This document shows, piece by piece, positions 35,524 through 45,140 of a DNA stretch of 64,000 bases. The translations under genes and the position numbers were made by a program. The notes beneath the pieces were generated by a model that saw nothing but the letters and a program-made list of their open reading frames with translations, ran no database searches and was not told where the DNA came from. The stretch lies in contig CAKPYQ010000006.1 in NCBI GenBank assembly GCA_934203105.1, positions 3,288 through 67,287 of the forward strand, in the 5' to 3' direction. Positions within the stretch are counted from its first letter, which is position 1, and every line of letters begins with the position of its first letter. The stretch comes from an uncultured Alphaproteobacteria bacterium (GTDB taxonomy: Bacteria > Pseudomonadota > Alphaproteobacteria > CAAHEQ01 > UBA3637).

Positions 35524-37869
35524 ATGAAAAAGTTTTTGATTATATTTTTGATCGTGATTTTATCCGTTATTATTGGCGGAGTTACTTATATTCTTACTTT
35601 TGATGTGAACTCTTATAAGGGGCAAATCGAAAGGGTTTTAGTCGAAAAAACAGGTTATCCGATTGCGATTCAAGGTAAAATGAAATTGGCAAAATCTTTG
35701 ATGCCGACTTTGGTGATTGAAGATATCGAAATCAAAAATGCGACCGGTTTTTCGCAACCGCTGTTTTTAAAAGCCGCCAGAGCGGAAGTTTCTTTTGACT
35801 TGATTGCCTTTTTCAAAAACATTATTAACGTTCAAAAAATTGCTTTGTCCGACGTGGATGTTTATTTGCAGGTCAATGCTTTGGGGCAAGACAATTGGAG
35901 CCGAATTTCCGCCAAAAATACAAGCGATAAAAAAGCGGCTGCGCGTCCTGTGTTGTCAAAATCGGCCGTGGTGCAACCGTTGGCACAAACTCAAATCGAT
36001 GTGTTGACGTTGTCGCAAGTGCGTTTTTCGTATGAAAACGATCACGACAGATTTAACGATCAATTCTTATTTTCCACCATTTCCGTAAAGCAATTGGTTA
36101 ATATTGATGGCGAATTTGTTTATAAAAATCAGCGTTTTAATTTCTCCGGTTCGGTCAAAAACTTATTGCAAGTGATTACAACGCGTCGTAATTTGAATTT
36201 CAGTTTTGATATTAAAGGACTTGGCGCCAGCGCGAAGTTATCCGGTGTTTGCCGTGATTTAAAGCGTTTTAAAGACGATGTGACGTTGAATGTAACAGCG
36301 AAGGGCGGCAATTTACAAAAAACATACGCTTTCTTTTTTGGGGACAATGATAAAGTTCCGCCCGTCGGTTATTCGTTACAGCTTGCCAGCCGTTTATTTA
36401 AAACTCAATTGTTGTTGGAAGGCGCTTTGGATTTAACCGACAAAGGGGTTAATTTATCTTATAATATCGAACAAGATTTAAAAGCGCGTTCCGGAAAAGG
36501 GCGCTTAAGCGTGGATATTGTTAAACCGGAGTTTATCAATCAATATGGTTTGCAACCGTTTTCTTTGCAAACGACTTATAATATCAAGTTGGGCGAAAAA
36601 TTGGATATTTTGAATTTAAGCGCGATGTTCGACGAAACCGATATCGACGGCTCTGTCAGCATAGATTTAAAATCCGCTAAACCCGTCATTACCGGATCTT
36701 TGCATTCGCATTATTTTAAGTTGAAAAATGTCATCGCGGAAAAAGCACACGCGAATAAAGCGCAAAACAGTGGGACGAATAAAGGCGCCGATTCTTTGTT
36801 TTCGGCAACACCGTTTGATCTGTCGTTTATGAACAAAGCCGATGCTGTTTTGGCTTTGACGATTGATAATTTAGCGGCGCAAAATTGGCTTACCAGATAT
36901 CCGGTCGTGTTTTTAAATGTTCAGTTGAAAGATGCCAAATTGAATGCTCAATTGTTGGAAGAAACTACGGCCGCCGGCGGTAAGTTGGTTGGTAAATTGA
37001 CCATTGATGCGCAAAATATCAAGATGCCGACGTGGGATTTGGAATTGGTCGGAGAAGGCTTAGAGTTTAATCAAGCGAACGCATTAAAAAAACAAATGCG
37101 TAGCGGTAAGTTTGATTTGAACTTATTTTTAACAGCAACGGGCGATTCGCAAAAAGCCATTTTAAGTTCTTTGAACGGACAGGCTTTGTTATCGGCGGGT
37201 CAGTTGGAAATTTTATCTCCGTTGGTTGCGGATTTATTCGCCGAAAGCGATGCCGGTAATACATACCGCGCACCCCAAGATTTGTTTATTAAGTGTGCTG
37301 TATTAAACGCCGATATCAAAGACGGTGTGATTACTTTGGATAAAAAAGCCGCTATTGAAGCTAGCCGCTTTAATATGTTAATCGACGGCAATATCAATTT
37401 GAAAAAAGAAACGATTGATATGCGCTTTATTCCGCAAAAAAGTGCTACAAAAGCGGGGCAAATCGGGCGTGTGATTTCTGCTGTTTCTTTGAAAGGGCGT
37501 TTGTCCGAACCAAAGCCCGGTATTGAAGCCGATGTCAGTTCTTTGTTGGAAAATATTTTGCCCGCGGCCGGACGGGACGAAGATGTCAAAAACAATGCTA
37601 AAAAAGCATTGCTTGATTCTTATACCACGCCCAAAAAGACAACCGAAGAAGTATCTGTTTGTCGTGTAGCGGCCAATGGTATGAAATTAAAGACAATTGA
37701 TGCTTATCTGGGACGTTTGCCGATAACGGAGCCGGCAAAACCGCAAGTAAAGCAACCGGAAAAACCGCAACAAACAAAGGCGCAAAAATTGGGGCGTGAC
37801 TTGTTGCATTCTTTGTCGGACATTTTGAATGATGAAGAAAATTCGGTAAAACCGGCCGCAAATCAATAA
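35524..37869 (+). CDS. AsmA-family outer-membrane biogenesis protein
   Basis: The 781-aa ORF has one N-terminal TM segment followed by a long beta-rich region with an AsmA-like C-terminal block (DGVITLDKKAAIEASRFNMLIDGNINLKKETIDMRF). Confidence 0.7.
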   Translation: MKKFLIIFLIVILSVIIGGVTYILTFDVNSYKGQIERVLVEKTGYPIAIQGKMKLAKSLMPTLVIEDIEIKNATGFSQPLFLKAARAEVSFDLIAFFKNIINVQKIALSDVDVYLQVNALGQDNWSRISAKNTSDKKAAARPVLSKSAVVQPLAQTQIDVLTLSQVRFSYENDHDRFNDQFLFSTISVKQLVNIDGEFVYKNQRFNFSGSVKNLLQVITTRRNLNFSFDIKGLGASAKLSGVCRDLKRFKDDVTLNVTAKGGNLQKTYAFFFGDNDKVPPVGYSLQLASRLFKTQLLLEGALDLTDKGVNLSYNIEQDLKARSGKGRLSVDIVKPEFINQYGLQPFSLQTTYNIKLGEKLDILNLSAMFDETDIDGSVSIDLKSAKPVITGSLHSHYFKLKNVIAEKAHANKAQNSGTNKGADSLFSATPFDLSFMNKADAVLALTIDNLAAQNWLTRYPVVFLNVQLKDAKLNAQLLEETTAAGGKLVGKLTIDAQNIKMPTWDLELVGEGLEFNQANALKKQMRSGKFDLNLFLTATGDSQKAILSSLNGQALLSAGQLEILSPLVADLFAESDAGNTYRAPQDLFIKCAVLNADIKDGVITLDKKAAIEASRFNMLIDGNINLKKETIDMRFIPQKSATKAGQIGRVISAVSLKGRLSEPKPGIEADVSSLLENILPAAGRDEDVKNNAKKALLDSYTTPKKTTEEVSVCRVAANGMKLKTIDAYLGRLPITEPAKPQVKQPEKPQQTKAQKLGRDLLHSLSDILNDEENSVKPAANQ

Positions 37870-37883
37870 GCTTCGGGTTTGTT

Positions 37884-38168
37884 ATGCAACAACTTCATTT
37901 GCTGATAACAGGACGTGTGCAATGTGTTGGTTTTCGTCGTTTTGTGTTACGCGGAGCCGAACGTTTGGGTGTGTCCGGTTGGGTGCGCAATAATGATGAC
38001 GGTTCTGTTGAAACATATGTTGTCGGTAATGCGGATAAGCTGTCGGAATTTGTTGCTTTGTGTCGCAAAGGTCCTTTGTTTGCGTTTGTTTCAGATGTTC
38101 AATTCCAGCCCATTGATGAGGCGACAAAGGCTTTGTTTTTACCAGATTGTTTTCGTGTGTTACGGTAA
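37884..38168 (+). CDS. acyP: Acylphosphatase
   Basis: The 94-aa ORF reads LLITGRVQCVGFRRFVLRGAERLGVSGWVRNNDDGSVE, the acylphosphatase signature. Confidence 0.85.
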   Translation: MQQLHLLITGRVQCVGFRRFVLRGAERLGVSGWVRNNDDGSVETYVVGNADKLSEFVALCRKGPLFAFVSDVQFQPIDEATKALFLPDCFRVLR

Positions 38169-38261
38169 ATCATTACACGCTTGCCTAAGCCTGCGCTCCC
38201 GCCATAAAAAAGCCACCCGTGTTGTTGTTCTTCCGTCATATTCAAGATCCAACCTATCCAA

Positions 38262-38297
38262 TAAAAAAGCCCCCGTTTTGATCGCAAAACAAAGGGA
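38262..38297 (-). terminator. Intrinsic terminator downstream of mlaC
   Basis: The minus-strand transcript reads CCCTTTGTTTTG-CGAT-CAAAACGGGGG followed by CTTTTTTATT. Confidence 0.55.
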
Positions 38298-38340
38298 CTT
38301 ATTTAATGCGTCAGCCGATTTAACGCACCGGCCGATAAAA

Positions 38341-38979
38341 TTATTTGCTTGCAGCAGCCTTTTTGGCCTCTTGCTTTTGTTTTTCTGCCGTTTCAGCTGC
38401 ATGCTCGGCTTGATACTTTAATTCATTGATCAAATCTTGCATCGTATGGTTTTGTAAATACGAAGTGTATTCGTTGCGATAACTTAAAGTCATACTGACA
38501 CCTTCAATGATAATATCCAAAACGCGATATTCCCCGTTTTTTTCACGAACACGCCATACAACTTGGATCGGCTTTTGATCGGACGAAACTGTGCTGTCAA
38601 CAAAGACTTGATTTTTCCCTTGTGCAGGGCGTTCCGAAAAGAACTTTACTTCTTGTCCCGTATATACGTTGAAACGTTCAGCGCTCATTTTCACAGCCAT
38701 ATTTTTAAACGCATCGATAAAGTCATCGCGTTCTTTCGGGGTCGCTGTGCGCCAATATTGCGCCAATACTGTCCGTGCAATCGCTTCTGTATCAACCGCT
38801 TGTAAAATGTATTGTTCAAAAAGTTCGGCTTTTTTCTCTTTCGTATCTTTGGACGATAAAACATTTTTGACAATATCGTCAACAAGGTTGCTGACAAAAG
38901 TCGTTGCAGATTTGCTTTCAGCTAATGCAACATTCGTGCAAAGCATTGCGGCCAAAATTAAAGAAAGTATTTTTTTCAT
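38341..38979 (-). CDS. mlaC: Periplasmic phospholipid-binding protein MlaC (Ttg2D family)
   Basis: A signal peptide is followed by the family pattern (DTEAIARTVLAQYWRTATPKERDDFIDAFKNMAVKMSAERF...VVWRVREKNGEYRVLDIIIEGVSM). Confidence 0.82.
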   Translation of the reverse strand: MKKILSLILAAMLCTNVALAESKSATTFVSNLVDDIVKNVLSSKDTKEKKAELFEQYILQAVDTEAIARTVLAQYWRTATPKERDDFIDAFKNMAVKMSAERFNVYTGQEVKFFSERPAQGKNQVFVDSTVSSDQKPIQVVWRVREKNGEYRVLDIIIEGVSMTLSYRNEYTSYLQNHTMQDLINELKYQAEHAAETAEKQKQEAKKAAASK

Positions 38980-38982
38980 ATT

Positions 38983-39768
38983 TTATTCCTCTTCATCATC
39001 AAAATCAAAGTCAATATTGTAATTTTCTGTTTGCGCTTCGACGTTTCCGGCATTTAGGAACTTTAAACGATTTTGCCGATACATCGTGCGCAAAGCAACG
39101 TATGGATCGATTGAGTTTTGCTCAACGCTTTCCAATAACGAGCTCATCGAATCGATCGTAACCATACCTTTGACCGCGTAACGGTAAATCAACAAATGAT
39201 CGCGTTCGGCTTTCGGTAAAGCATAATCGATAGGATCTAAAAAGAAACCAATGACGGCGCCGGTTGTTTCTCGGATATCCGACGGGCCCAAGAACGGCCA
39301 AACAAAGTAGGGCATCGAGTTGTTCCAACCCCACCGGTAAAGCGTTTGTCCGAAATCTTTAACCGGCGCTTCTATTTCCAGCATCGAAGCGACATCAAAC
39401 AATCCGCCCAACCCCAATGTTGTGTTGGTGAAAAAGCGTCCGAAAATTTGAGCGCTGTCGTCGAAATCTCCTTGCAACAAAGCATTAACAAAATAATAGG
39501 GCTGCGATAAATTGTTTGATGCATTAGAAATGCAATCGCGTGCCGGCTGAGGCAAAACAGCCCTATAAACTTTGTCAATCGGTCGATAAACATAGCGGTT
39601 CACTTTAAAGTTAAATTCTGTCATCGATCGGTTATACGGTTCAAGCGGGTCATTTGTTTGCCGGTATTGTTCCAAAGCCTGCGGATCGGTGGGAGGTGTC
39701 GCACACCCAATCAAGCCCGCCGTCAAAGGCAATAAAAACACTGCACACAAGATTGTTTGAATACGCAT
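38983..39768 (-). CDS. mlaA: Outer-membrane lipoprotein MlaA/VacJ
   Basis: The ORF has the lipobox LIGC, then NDPLEPYNRSMTEFNFKVNRYVYRPI and TTLGLGGLFDVAS, typical of VacJ. Confidence 0.85.
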   Translation of the reverse strand: MRIQTILCAVFLLPLTAGLIGCATPPTDPQALEQYRQTNDPLEPYNRSMTEFNFKVNRYVYRPIDKVYRAVLPQPARDCISNASNNLSQPYYFVNALLQGDFDDSAQIFGRFFTNTTLGLGGLFDVASMLEIEAPVKDFGQTLYRWGWNNSMPYFVWPFLGPSDIRETTGAVIGFFLDPIDYALPKAERDHLLIYRYAVKGMVTIDSMSSLLESVEQNSIDPYVALRTMYRQNRLKFLNAGNVEAQTENYNIDFDFDDEEE

Positions 39769-39823
39769 CGATAATCCTTTTTGTTTTTTATTTTAATGAC
39801 TTTAAACTATTCAAAGAAAATTA

Positions 39824-40390
39824 TCAAGCTTTTTTTAATTGTTCTTCAATTGCCGGCAATACATCTTTGGCTTTATCAACCGTCGTTACCAGCTCCGCAT
39901 GGTCAGGGTTTAAGAAACCTTGTTCAACCATATGCTGAATGACATCTTTAAACGGATTGAAAAATCCCGCAATATTTAATACGACAATCGGTTTGTCGAA
40001 TAACCCCAATTGTTTTAACACCATCAGTTCGACCAATTCATCTACAGTGCCGATGCCTCCCGGCAAAACGCAAAAAGCTTCTGCCGCAGAAGTCATTGCA
40101 AATTTGCGCGCAAACATTTTTTGATAAACTTGGACTTCATCGATTGTGTCTTTCATCAAATCAGGTCGCTCAATTTCAAACAAATGCGAAATGGTCATAC
40201 CGATCACATGGCCGCCGTTTTCTTTACAACTGTTTGCCACAGCGCCCATCAATCCTGTCCCGCCGGCACCGTAAATCAGCTCGATCCCGTTTGTGGCAAT
40301 CAAACGCCCCAATTCGATTGCTTGTTGTTCATAGATGGGCAACGTTCCCTTTTTTCCGCCGCAAAAAACACAAATCTTTTTTAAGTTCAT
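39824..40390 (-). CDS. LOG-family (TIGR00730-type) nucleotide phosphoribohydrolase
   Basis: The 188-aa ORF has VFCGGKKG, GAGGTGLMGAVA and PGGIGTVDELVE (the PGGxGTxxE motif). Confidence 0.8.
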   Translation of the reverse strand: MNLKKICVFCGGKKGTLPIYEQQAIELGRLIATNGIELIYGAGGTGLMGAVANSCKENGGHVIGMTISHLFEIERPDLMKDTIDEVQVYQKMFARKFAMTSAAEAFCVLPGGIGTVDELVELMVLKQLGLFDKPIVVLNIAGFFNPFKDVIQHMVEQGFLNPDHAELVTTVDKAKDVLPAIEEQLKKA

Positions 40391-40478
40391 TTTTTTCCCT
40401 TTTTTTATTGAAAATTTAACATTTGTTCACTTTTTATATTTACACTTTAAAATACATAGTATAACATATCATTAAAAG

Positions 40479-41660
40479 ATGGAAAATACAACAATGAAAA
40501 GAACGACTTTATTATTATTTTTTATCAGCCCGTTTTGTTTGGCGTCTGCGTATGCGCAAAGCCCTGATTTGCCTTTGTTTGACGATGTCGAAAGCCAAAA
40601 CGAAGAAACGGAATGTGTGGCTTGTCGCAAATATAAAAAAGTGCCGAATGTCGGTATCGGGGCTGAGCCGGTCGATTCGATTCAATTTGCACCGTCTCCT
40701 TTTCCGCCGGTGAAGGTGACAATGACTTCTGATGAGCCGTTGCCTGAAAAGCCGTTCGAAGGAGTTAATAAATCTTATGAGCATCGTTATACAGAGCCGG
40801 CAACATACGAAACGCGGACATCGGCTCCGGTTGATTTTTCGGATATCAAAAACACAGAAAAAAACGCAGAGGAAGTAAAGGTTGCTCCGAAAGCGGTTGC
40901 CAGCGTGCCAAAAGAAACGCCCAAAAAGGAAGAGGTGTCCGTTCAAACAGAGCAAAAAAATCAAAAGCCTAAAAAGCCAAGCGTTCAAAAAAAACCTGCT
41001 TTTCAACAGATGGCTTCGCCTAATAACACGAAGTTAAAGCCGTCAATGAGTGCAAAAAATTTAAACATTGCGGATTTGCAATTGACGATGACGCCGGATG
41101 ATATTATTGAAACGGCAGCCGACAACGGCTTTGAAATTGCAAATGTGGCTTACGGCATTCCGTCGTTTATGGTGACGGATTTTGAACGTGGGTGTCGCGC
41201 TTCGGGGCTGTACCAAACACGATTGATTCACGAATGCGTTCGCGAAAAAGCGCGTGAAGAAGATGTTTATTATATTTCTTCTTTGACTTTGAAAAAGCCC
41301 GAAACAAAAGAACAAATTGTTGTTTTATTCTCGTCTACCTTGACAGATAACCAAGCCTTTAAAATTGACTATACGGGCTTTGGGGATAACTCGTTGGGCA
41401 CGTCATATAAAGACGTTTTGAAAAAAGCAAATCGCCGTGATATTTTTTGGCAATACATTTATGATAAGTACGGCCAACCGATCAGCAAAGATGTTGTCTT
41501 TTGGGGTGACGCAAACGGTGTCTTTATGCGGGCATTTATGGACGGAAACGCTTTGGATGCACGGATCATTTTGGAAGACGCCACCAAAAAAGGTGCTGAT
41601 TATCGCCAAGCCGAAGCTTGGAATAAAGATCAGGAAGTCCAAAACCCATTCAGTTTTTAA
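40479..41660 (+). CDS. Exported hypothetical protein
   Basis: The 393-aa ORF has a signal peptide (..FCLASAYAQ), a Lys/Pro/Glu-rich low-complexity linker, and a C-terminal region of about 200 aa with no domain I recognise. The start could instead be the ATG at 40494. Confidence 0.55.
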   Translation: MENTTMKRTTLLLFFISPFCLASAYAQSPDLPLFDDVESQNEETECVACRKYKKVPNVGIGAEPVDSIQFAPSPFPPVKVTMTSDEPLPEKPFEGVNKSYEHRYTEPATYETRTSAPVDFSDIKNTEKNAEEVKVAPKAVASVPKETPKKEEVSVQTEQKNQKPKKPSVQKKPAFQQMASPNNTKLKPSMSAKNLNIADLQLTMTPDDIIETAADNGFEIANVAYGIPSFMVTDFERGCRASGLYQTRLIHECVREKAREEDVYYISSLTLKKPETKEQIVVLFSSTLTDNQAFKIDYTGFGDNSLGTSYKDVLKKANRRDIFWQYIYDKYGQPISKDVVFWGDANGVFMRAFMDGNALDARIILEDATKKGADYRQAEAWNKDQEVQNPFSF

Positions 41661-41670
41661 TGCACTTTGC

Positions 41671-43512
41671 TTAACGCGTTTTTTGGAACACGCCGCTTAA
41701 AATAATCGGTTCAGCGTTGTTGTGTGCAATATGCGAGATCGTTTCTTGGCGATTCGGGTGGCAACTTAAAAATCCATCGCTTTTGTGCACGCTTATGGTA
41801 GGGCCGACATCGTAATAAGATAAATCCAATTTCGGTGCATACATTTTTTGTAAATCGGTGTTTTCGCGCAAGAAAAAGTTTGAGACCCTATGCAAGTTGG
41901 GTACATCAAGTCGCTTTAATTTTTTGTTGTCGAACAAAAAGCTGCTGCCGACATTTTCCAACGCCGGTAAAGATAATTCTTCCAATCCTTTGTTTGAAAA
42001 TAAAAAGCCATTTTTGACGGATTTTAACTTGGGCGCTTCAAGCTTTTTCAAAATGGTATTTTGTGATAAAAAGCTGCTGCCTGCCAAATAAAGCGACGGC
42101 AAAGTCAGTTCTTCTATCATTTGATTGCCGTATAAAAAGAAATTGCCGACGGTGGTTAGTTGAGGCAGATTTACGGATTTTAACCGGCTGTTTGTTGATA
42201 AAAATCCGTCTTCTACTTTTTGTAAATGGGGTAAATTTAATTCTTCCAACCCTTTATTATTGTTCAAGAAAAAAGTGCCGGTAGACCTTAAATTCGGCAC
42301 GTTTAATTCGCAAAGTGCCGTATTGTTGACCAAAAAATCGGAATCAGCAATCACCATTTGCGGGGCATTCAAAACAAGCAAGTTTTGATTATTTTGCATA
42401 AACGCGTTTCCGATTTTTTCTGTCTTGGGTAATGTTAAAGTTTCCAAATCTTCATTTTCCATTAAAAAATAGGGGCCGATTTCTTTTAAATTCGGGGCAT
42501 CCAAATGTTTTAATTTTTGGTTGTGCATCAAAAAGAAGATGCCGATTTTTTCTGTTTTTGGCAAATGTAAACTTAAAATTTCACCGTCTTTAACTGTTGC
42601 CAGTAAAGTTTTATCGGCAAAGATTTGATGTGTACCGTCTTTTTGTTTTGTGATTTGAATTTTTTTATTTTCTGTTTCGCGCGTGAAAACGTCGGCAAAA
42701 GCGTCACACGCTCCTAAAACAGTGCTTAACTGACGGGTTTTCGTGTTGAAAATAAAGTTTTCCAACATTATTTCTTTGTCTTTGTCAATTTCGTGAATTT
42801 CGCCGTCATTAACATAAAAATTGGCGCCAAAATAGCAGTTGTTTGTTTCAAAGTTATAACGGACAATTTGCCCGTCTACAATGATAAAACCCGCCGGCAA
42901 GATGACTTGTCGAGACGAAAAATCGACATTAAATGTTTTCTTTATTGATTCGGCCAACCCCGGAATAATGTTGTCCGGATTGCTTTCAAACGTGTTGTCC
43001 GGACAAGATACCGTATGATTATATCTGTTTTTAATCGAAATAAATCCGCCTTTTTTCAAAACTTGAATGGAAATAACGCTTGTGCCATATTTGTCTTGGC
43101 GTTTTGGTTTGGGAAAGTCTTGACGTTTGATTTGATCAACGTCTTTGCGCACCGCATTGATGATGTAATAGTTTTTATAGCGATTTTCATCCATAAAAGT
43201 ACACAACATTTCATCGCCTTTGAAGTACTTTTTAATCGCATTTTGCTTTTCTAAAGTGTCGGCTAAATAAGCGTCATAGCCGGCATCGGATAATAATTCA
43301 AAAGGGTTTTTAGTAACACCGCATTCGTTGATTTTGATGTTTTTTAACGAAATTAAATAATTCATAATCGGTTCGGCTTCACGGCCTGCAAAGCGCACAA
43401 TTCGGACGATATTCGGGACGTCAAAAATACCGCTGTCATAAGCGCGAATGGTCTTTGCAAAGCGTTCTCCGTTTTGCTTTTTGATTAAATCGAATGCTGT
43501 TTTTGATGACAT
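41671..43512 (-). CDS. Leucine-rich-repeat protein with unknown N-terminal domain
   Basis: The 613-aa ORF has no signal peptide. Residues 1-310 contain no motif I recognise, and residues 315-556 are 11 tandem 22-residue LRRs. AAAGGAG lies upstream of the ATG. Confidence 0.8.
   Translation of the reverse strand: MSSKTAFDLIKKQNGERFAKTIRAYDSGIFDVPNIVRIVRFAGREAEPIMNYLISLKNIKINECGVTKNPFELLSDAGYDAYLADTLEKQNAIKKYFKGDEMLCTFMDENRYKNYYIINAVRKDVDQIKRQDFPKPKRQDKYGTSVISIQVLKKGGFISIKNRYNHTVSCPDNTFESNPDNIIPGLAESIKKTFNVDFSSRQVILPAGFIIVDGQIVRYNFETNNCYFGANFYVNDGEIHEIDKDKEIMLENFIFNTKTRQLSTVLGACDAFADVFTRETENKKIQITKQKDGTHQIFADKTLLATVKDGEILSLHLPKTEKIGIFFLMHNQKLKHLDAPNLKEIGPYFLMENEDLETLTLPKTEKIGNAFMQNNQNLLVLNAPQMVIADSDFLVNNTALCELNVPNLRSTGTFFLNNNKGLEELNLPHLQKVEDGFLSTNSRLKSVNLPQLTTVGNFFLYGNQMIEELTLPSLYLAGSSFLSQNTILKKLEAPKLKSVKNGFLFSNKGLEELSLPALENVGSSFLFDNKKLKRLDVPNLHRVSNFFLRENTDLQKMYAPKLDLSYYDVGPTISVHKSDGFLSCHPNRQETISHIAHNNAEPIILSGVFQKTR
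41845..42570 (-). repeat. Eleven tandem 66-nt (22-codon) LRR units within the LRR gene
   Basis: I partitioned the protein by hand into LHLPKTEKIGIFFLMHNQKLKH / LDAPNLKEIGPYFLMENEDLET / LTLPKTEKIGNAFMQNNQNLLV / ... / LDVPNLHRVSNFFLRENTDLQK. The consensus is LxLPxLxxVGxxFLxxNxxLxx. Confidence 0.8.
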
Positions 43513-43535
43513 AAAAATCTCCTTTTGAAAAAAGT

Positions 43536-43564
43536 ATTATATATGATATTGACAAAAAAGTCAA
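43536..43564 (-). promoter_or_regulatory. Near-consensus sigma70 promoter of the LRR gene
   Basis: The minus strand reads TTGACT (43559-43564), a 17-nt spacer, then TATAAT (43536-43541), 24 nt upstream of the ATG. Confidence 0.6.
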
Positions 43565-43615
43565 CAAAATATTTTAAAGATAGGAAAGAAGCTTTAAATA
43601 CGGACAAAGAAATAT

Positions 43616-43648
43616 AAAAAAGCGGGTCAATTAACCCGCTTTTTTTTG
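43616..43648 (-). terminator. Intrinsic terminator downstream of glyQS
   Basis: AGCGGGT-CAATTA-ACCCGCT is a perfect 7-bp stem flanked by an A-run and a T-run, 18 nt beyond the glyQS stop. Confidence 0.7.
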
Positions 43649-43665
43649 TAAAGAACTTTAATTCA

Positions 43666-45030
43666 TTAAATGAATTGTTTTTTGAAGTAATCGGCCAATT
43701 CGCTGACAGCAATACGTTCTTGTTTCATCGTGTCGCGATCGCGAATAGTGACTGTTGCCGGCGTTTGTTCAATGCTGTCAAAGTCAACAGTGACGCAATA
43801 AGGCGTACCGATTTCATCGTGACGACGATAGGCTTTACCAACATTACCGCTGTCTTCCAACATCACGCGACCGATACCGGTTTTCAATAAATCATTTTTG
43901 ATTTGGTGAGCCAAAGCAACGATTTGTTCATTGTTGCGTTTTAACGGAATAACGGCAACTTTAACCGGCGCCAGATGGTTTTTCAACTTTAACACAGTGC
44001 GTGTTTCGCCATTTGGCAAAGTTTCTTCCGTATAAGCTTCTGTCAACACAGCCAATAAACCGCGATCAACACCGGCCGACGGTTCAATAACAAACGGAAC
44101 AAACCATTTTTTGCTTTCATCGTCAAACAAAGCCAATTTAGCTGTTGAATCTTTGTTTTCGTGGACGTGCGCGGTTAAGTTCAATTCGCTTTGTTGTTTG
44201 GTGTGGTTGCCCAAGTCATAGTCTGTACGGTTCGCAATTCCTTCCAATTCTTCCACGCCGTGCGGGAACAAATATTCCAAGTCATAAGTTGCTTTGGAAT
44301 AATGCGCCAAATCTTCTTTTGCAATGGTGTGAACGTGGACGTTTTCGCGCTTTAAACCTTGCGCTACCCACCAATTGATACGTTGTTCTTTCCAATATTC
44401 GTGCCATTGTTCATCTTCGCCCGGTTTGACAAAAAATTCCAATTCCATTTGTTCGAATTCGCGTACACGGAAAATAAAGTTACGTGGCGTGATTTCGTTG
44501 CGGAAAGATTTACCGATTTGAGCAATACCAAACGGAACTTTGCGCGACGTTGAATCGACAACGTTTTTGAATTGTGTAAAGATTGCCTGAGCCGTTTCCG
44601 GACGCAAGTAAGCGATGTTTTCGCCGTTGTCGACGGGGCCGACAGTTGTTTTGAACATCAAGTTAAACGGGCGCGGTTCGGTTAAATCCGTGCTGCCGCA
44701 GTTGGGGCATTTGCCGTCTTTGATGTGATCGGCACGCATACGCGTTTTGCATTTGCGGCAATCGCATAACGGGTCAGAAAAAGTCGCTTCGTGGCCACTG
44801 TGTTGCAACACTTGGCGTAAAGTTAAAATGGACGCGTCCAAACCTTCGACATCATCGCGTTCGTAAACCATTGCACGCCACCAAGCGTTTTTTAAATTGT
44901 TTTTTAATTCAACACCCAAAGGACCGTAATCATACACGCCTTGCAAACCGCCGTAAATATCGGCGCTTTGAAAAATAAATCCACGACGTTTACATAATGA
45001 TACAAGCTGATCCATACTGGTTGCCGGCAT
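43666..45030 (-). CDS. glyQS: Glycine--tRNA ligase, homodimeric (alpha2) type
   Basis: The 454-aa ORF has [42 protein letters not shown], class II motifs ([27 protein letters not shown]) and an anticodon-binding C-terminus. Confidence 0.9.
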   Translation of the reverse strand: MPATSMDQLVSLCKRRGFIFQSADIYGGLQGVYDYGPLGVELKNNLKNAWWRAMVYERDDVEGLDASILTLRQVLQHSGHEATFSDPLCDCRKCKTRMRADHIKDGKCPNCGSTDLTEPRPFNLMFKTTVGPVDNGENIAYLRPETAQAIFTQFKNVVDSTSRKVPFGIAQIGKSFRNEITPRNFIFRVREFEQMELEFFVKPGEDEQWHEYWKEQRINWWVAQGLKRENVHVHTIAKEDLAHYSKATYDLEYLFPHGVEELEGIANRTDYDLGNHTKQQSELNLTAHVHENKDSTAKLALFDDESKKWFVPFVIEPSAGVDRGLLAVLTEAYTEETLPNGETRTVLKLKNHLAPVKVAVIPLKRNNEQIVALAHQIKNDLLKTGIGRVMLEDSGNVGKAYRRHDEIGTPYCVTVDFDSIEQTPATVTIRDRDTMKQERIAVSELADYFKKQFI

Positions 45031-45069
45031 TTTAAAATCTCCATTTAGTTATTAAAAAAAACGTATTCC

Positions 45070-45098
45070 ATTATAAAGCATTTAAAAGGGGCTGTCAA
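45070..45098 (-). promoter_or_regulatory. Consensus sigma70 promoter of glyQS
   Basis: The minus strand reads TTGACA (45093-45098), a 17-nt spacer, then TATAAT (45070-45075). The leader is about 33 nt and contains GGAG. Confidence 0.65.
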
Positions 45099-45140
45099 GC
45101 ATAAACACTCATAAAAAAGTGAAAAAAAATAAAATAATGC

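Noticed and set aside
37915-38421. A 168-aa plus-strand ORF overlapping acyP and running through the intergenic terminator into mlaC
   Set aside because: It is out of frame with a well-supported acylphosphatase gene, crosses a terminator hairpin, and has Cys/Leu-rich composition with no RBS.
45031-45069. A possible T-box or other riboswitch leader upstream of glyQS
   Set aside because: The promoter is only about 33 nt from the ATG, which is far too short for a T-box element.
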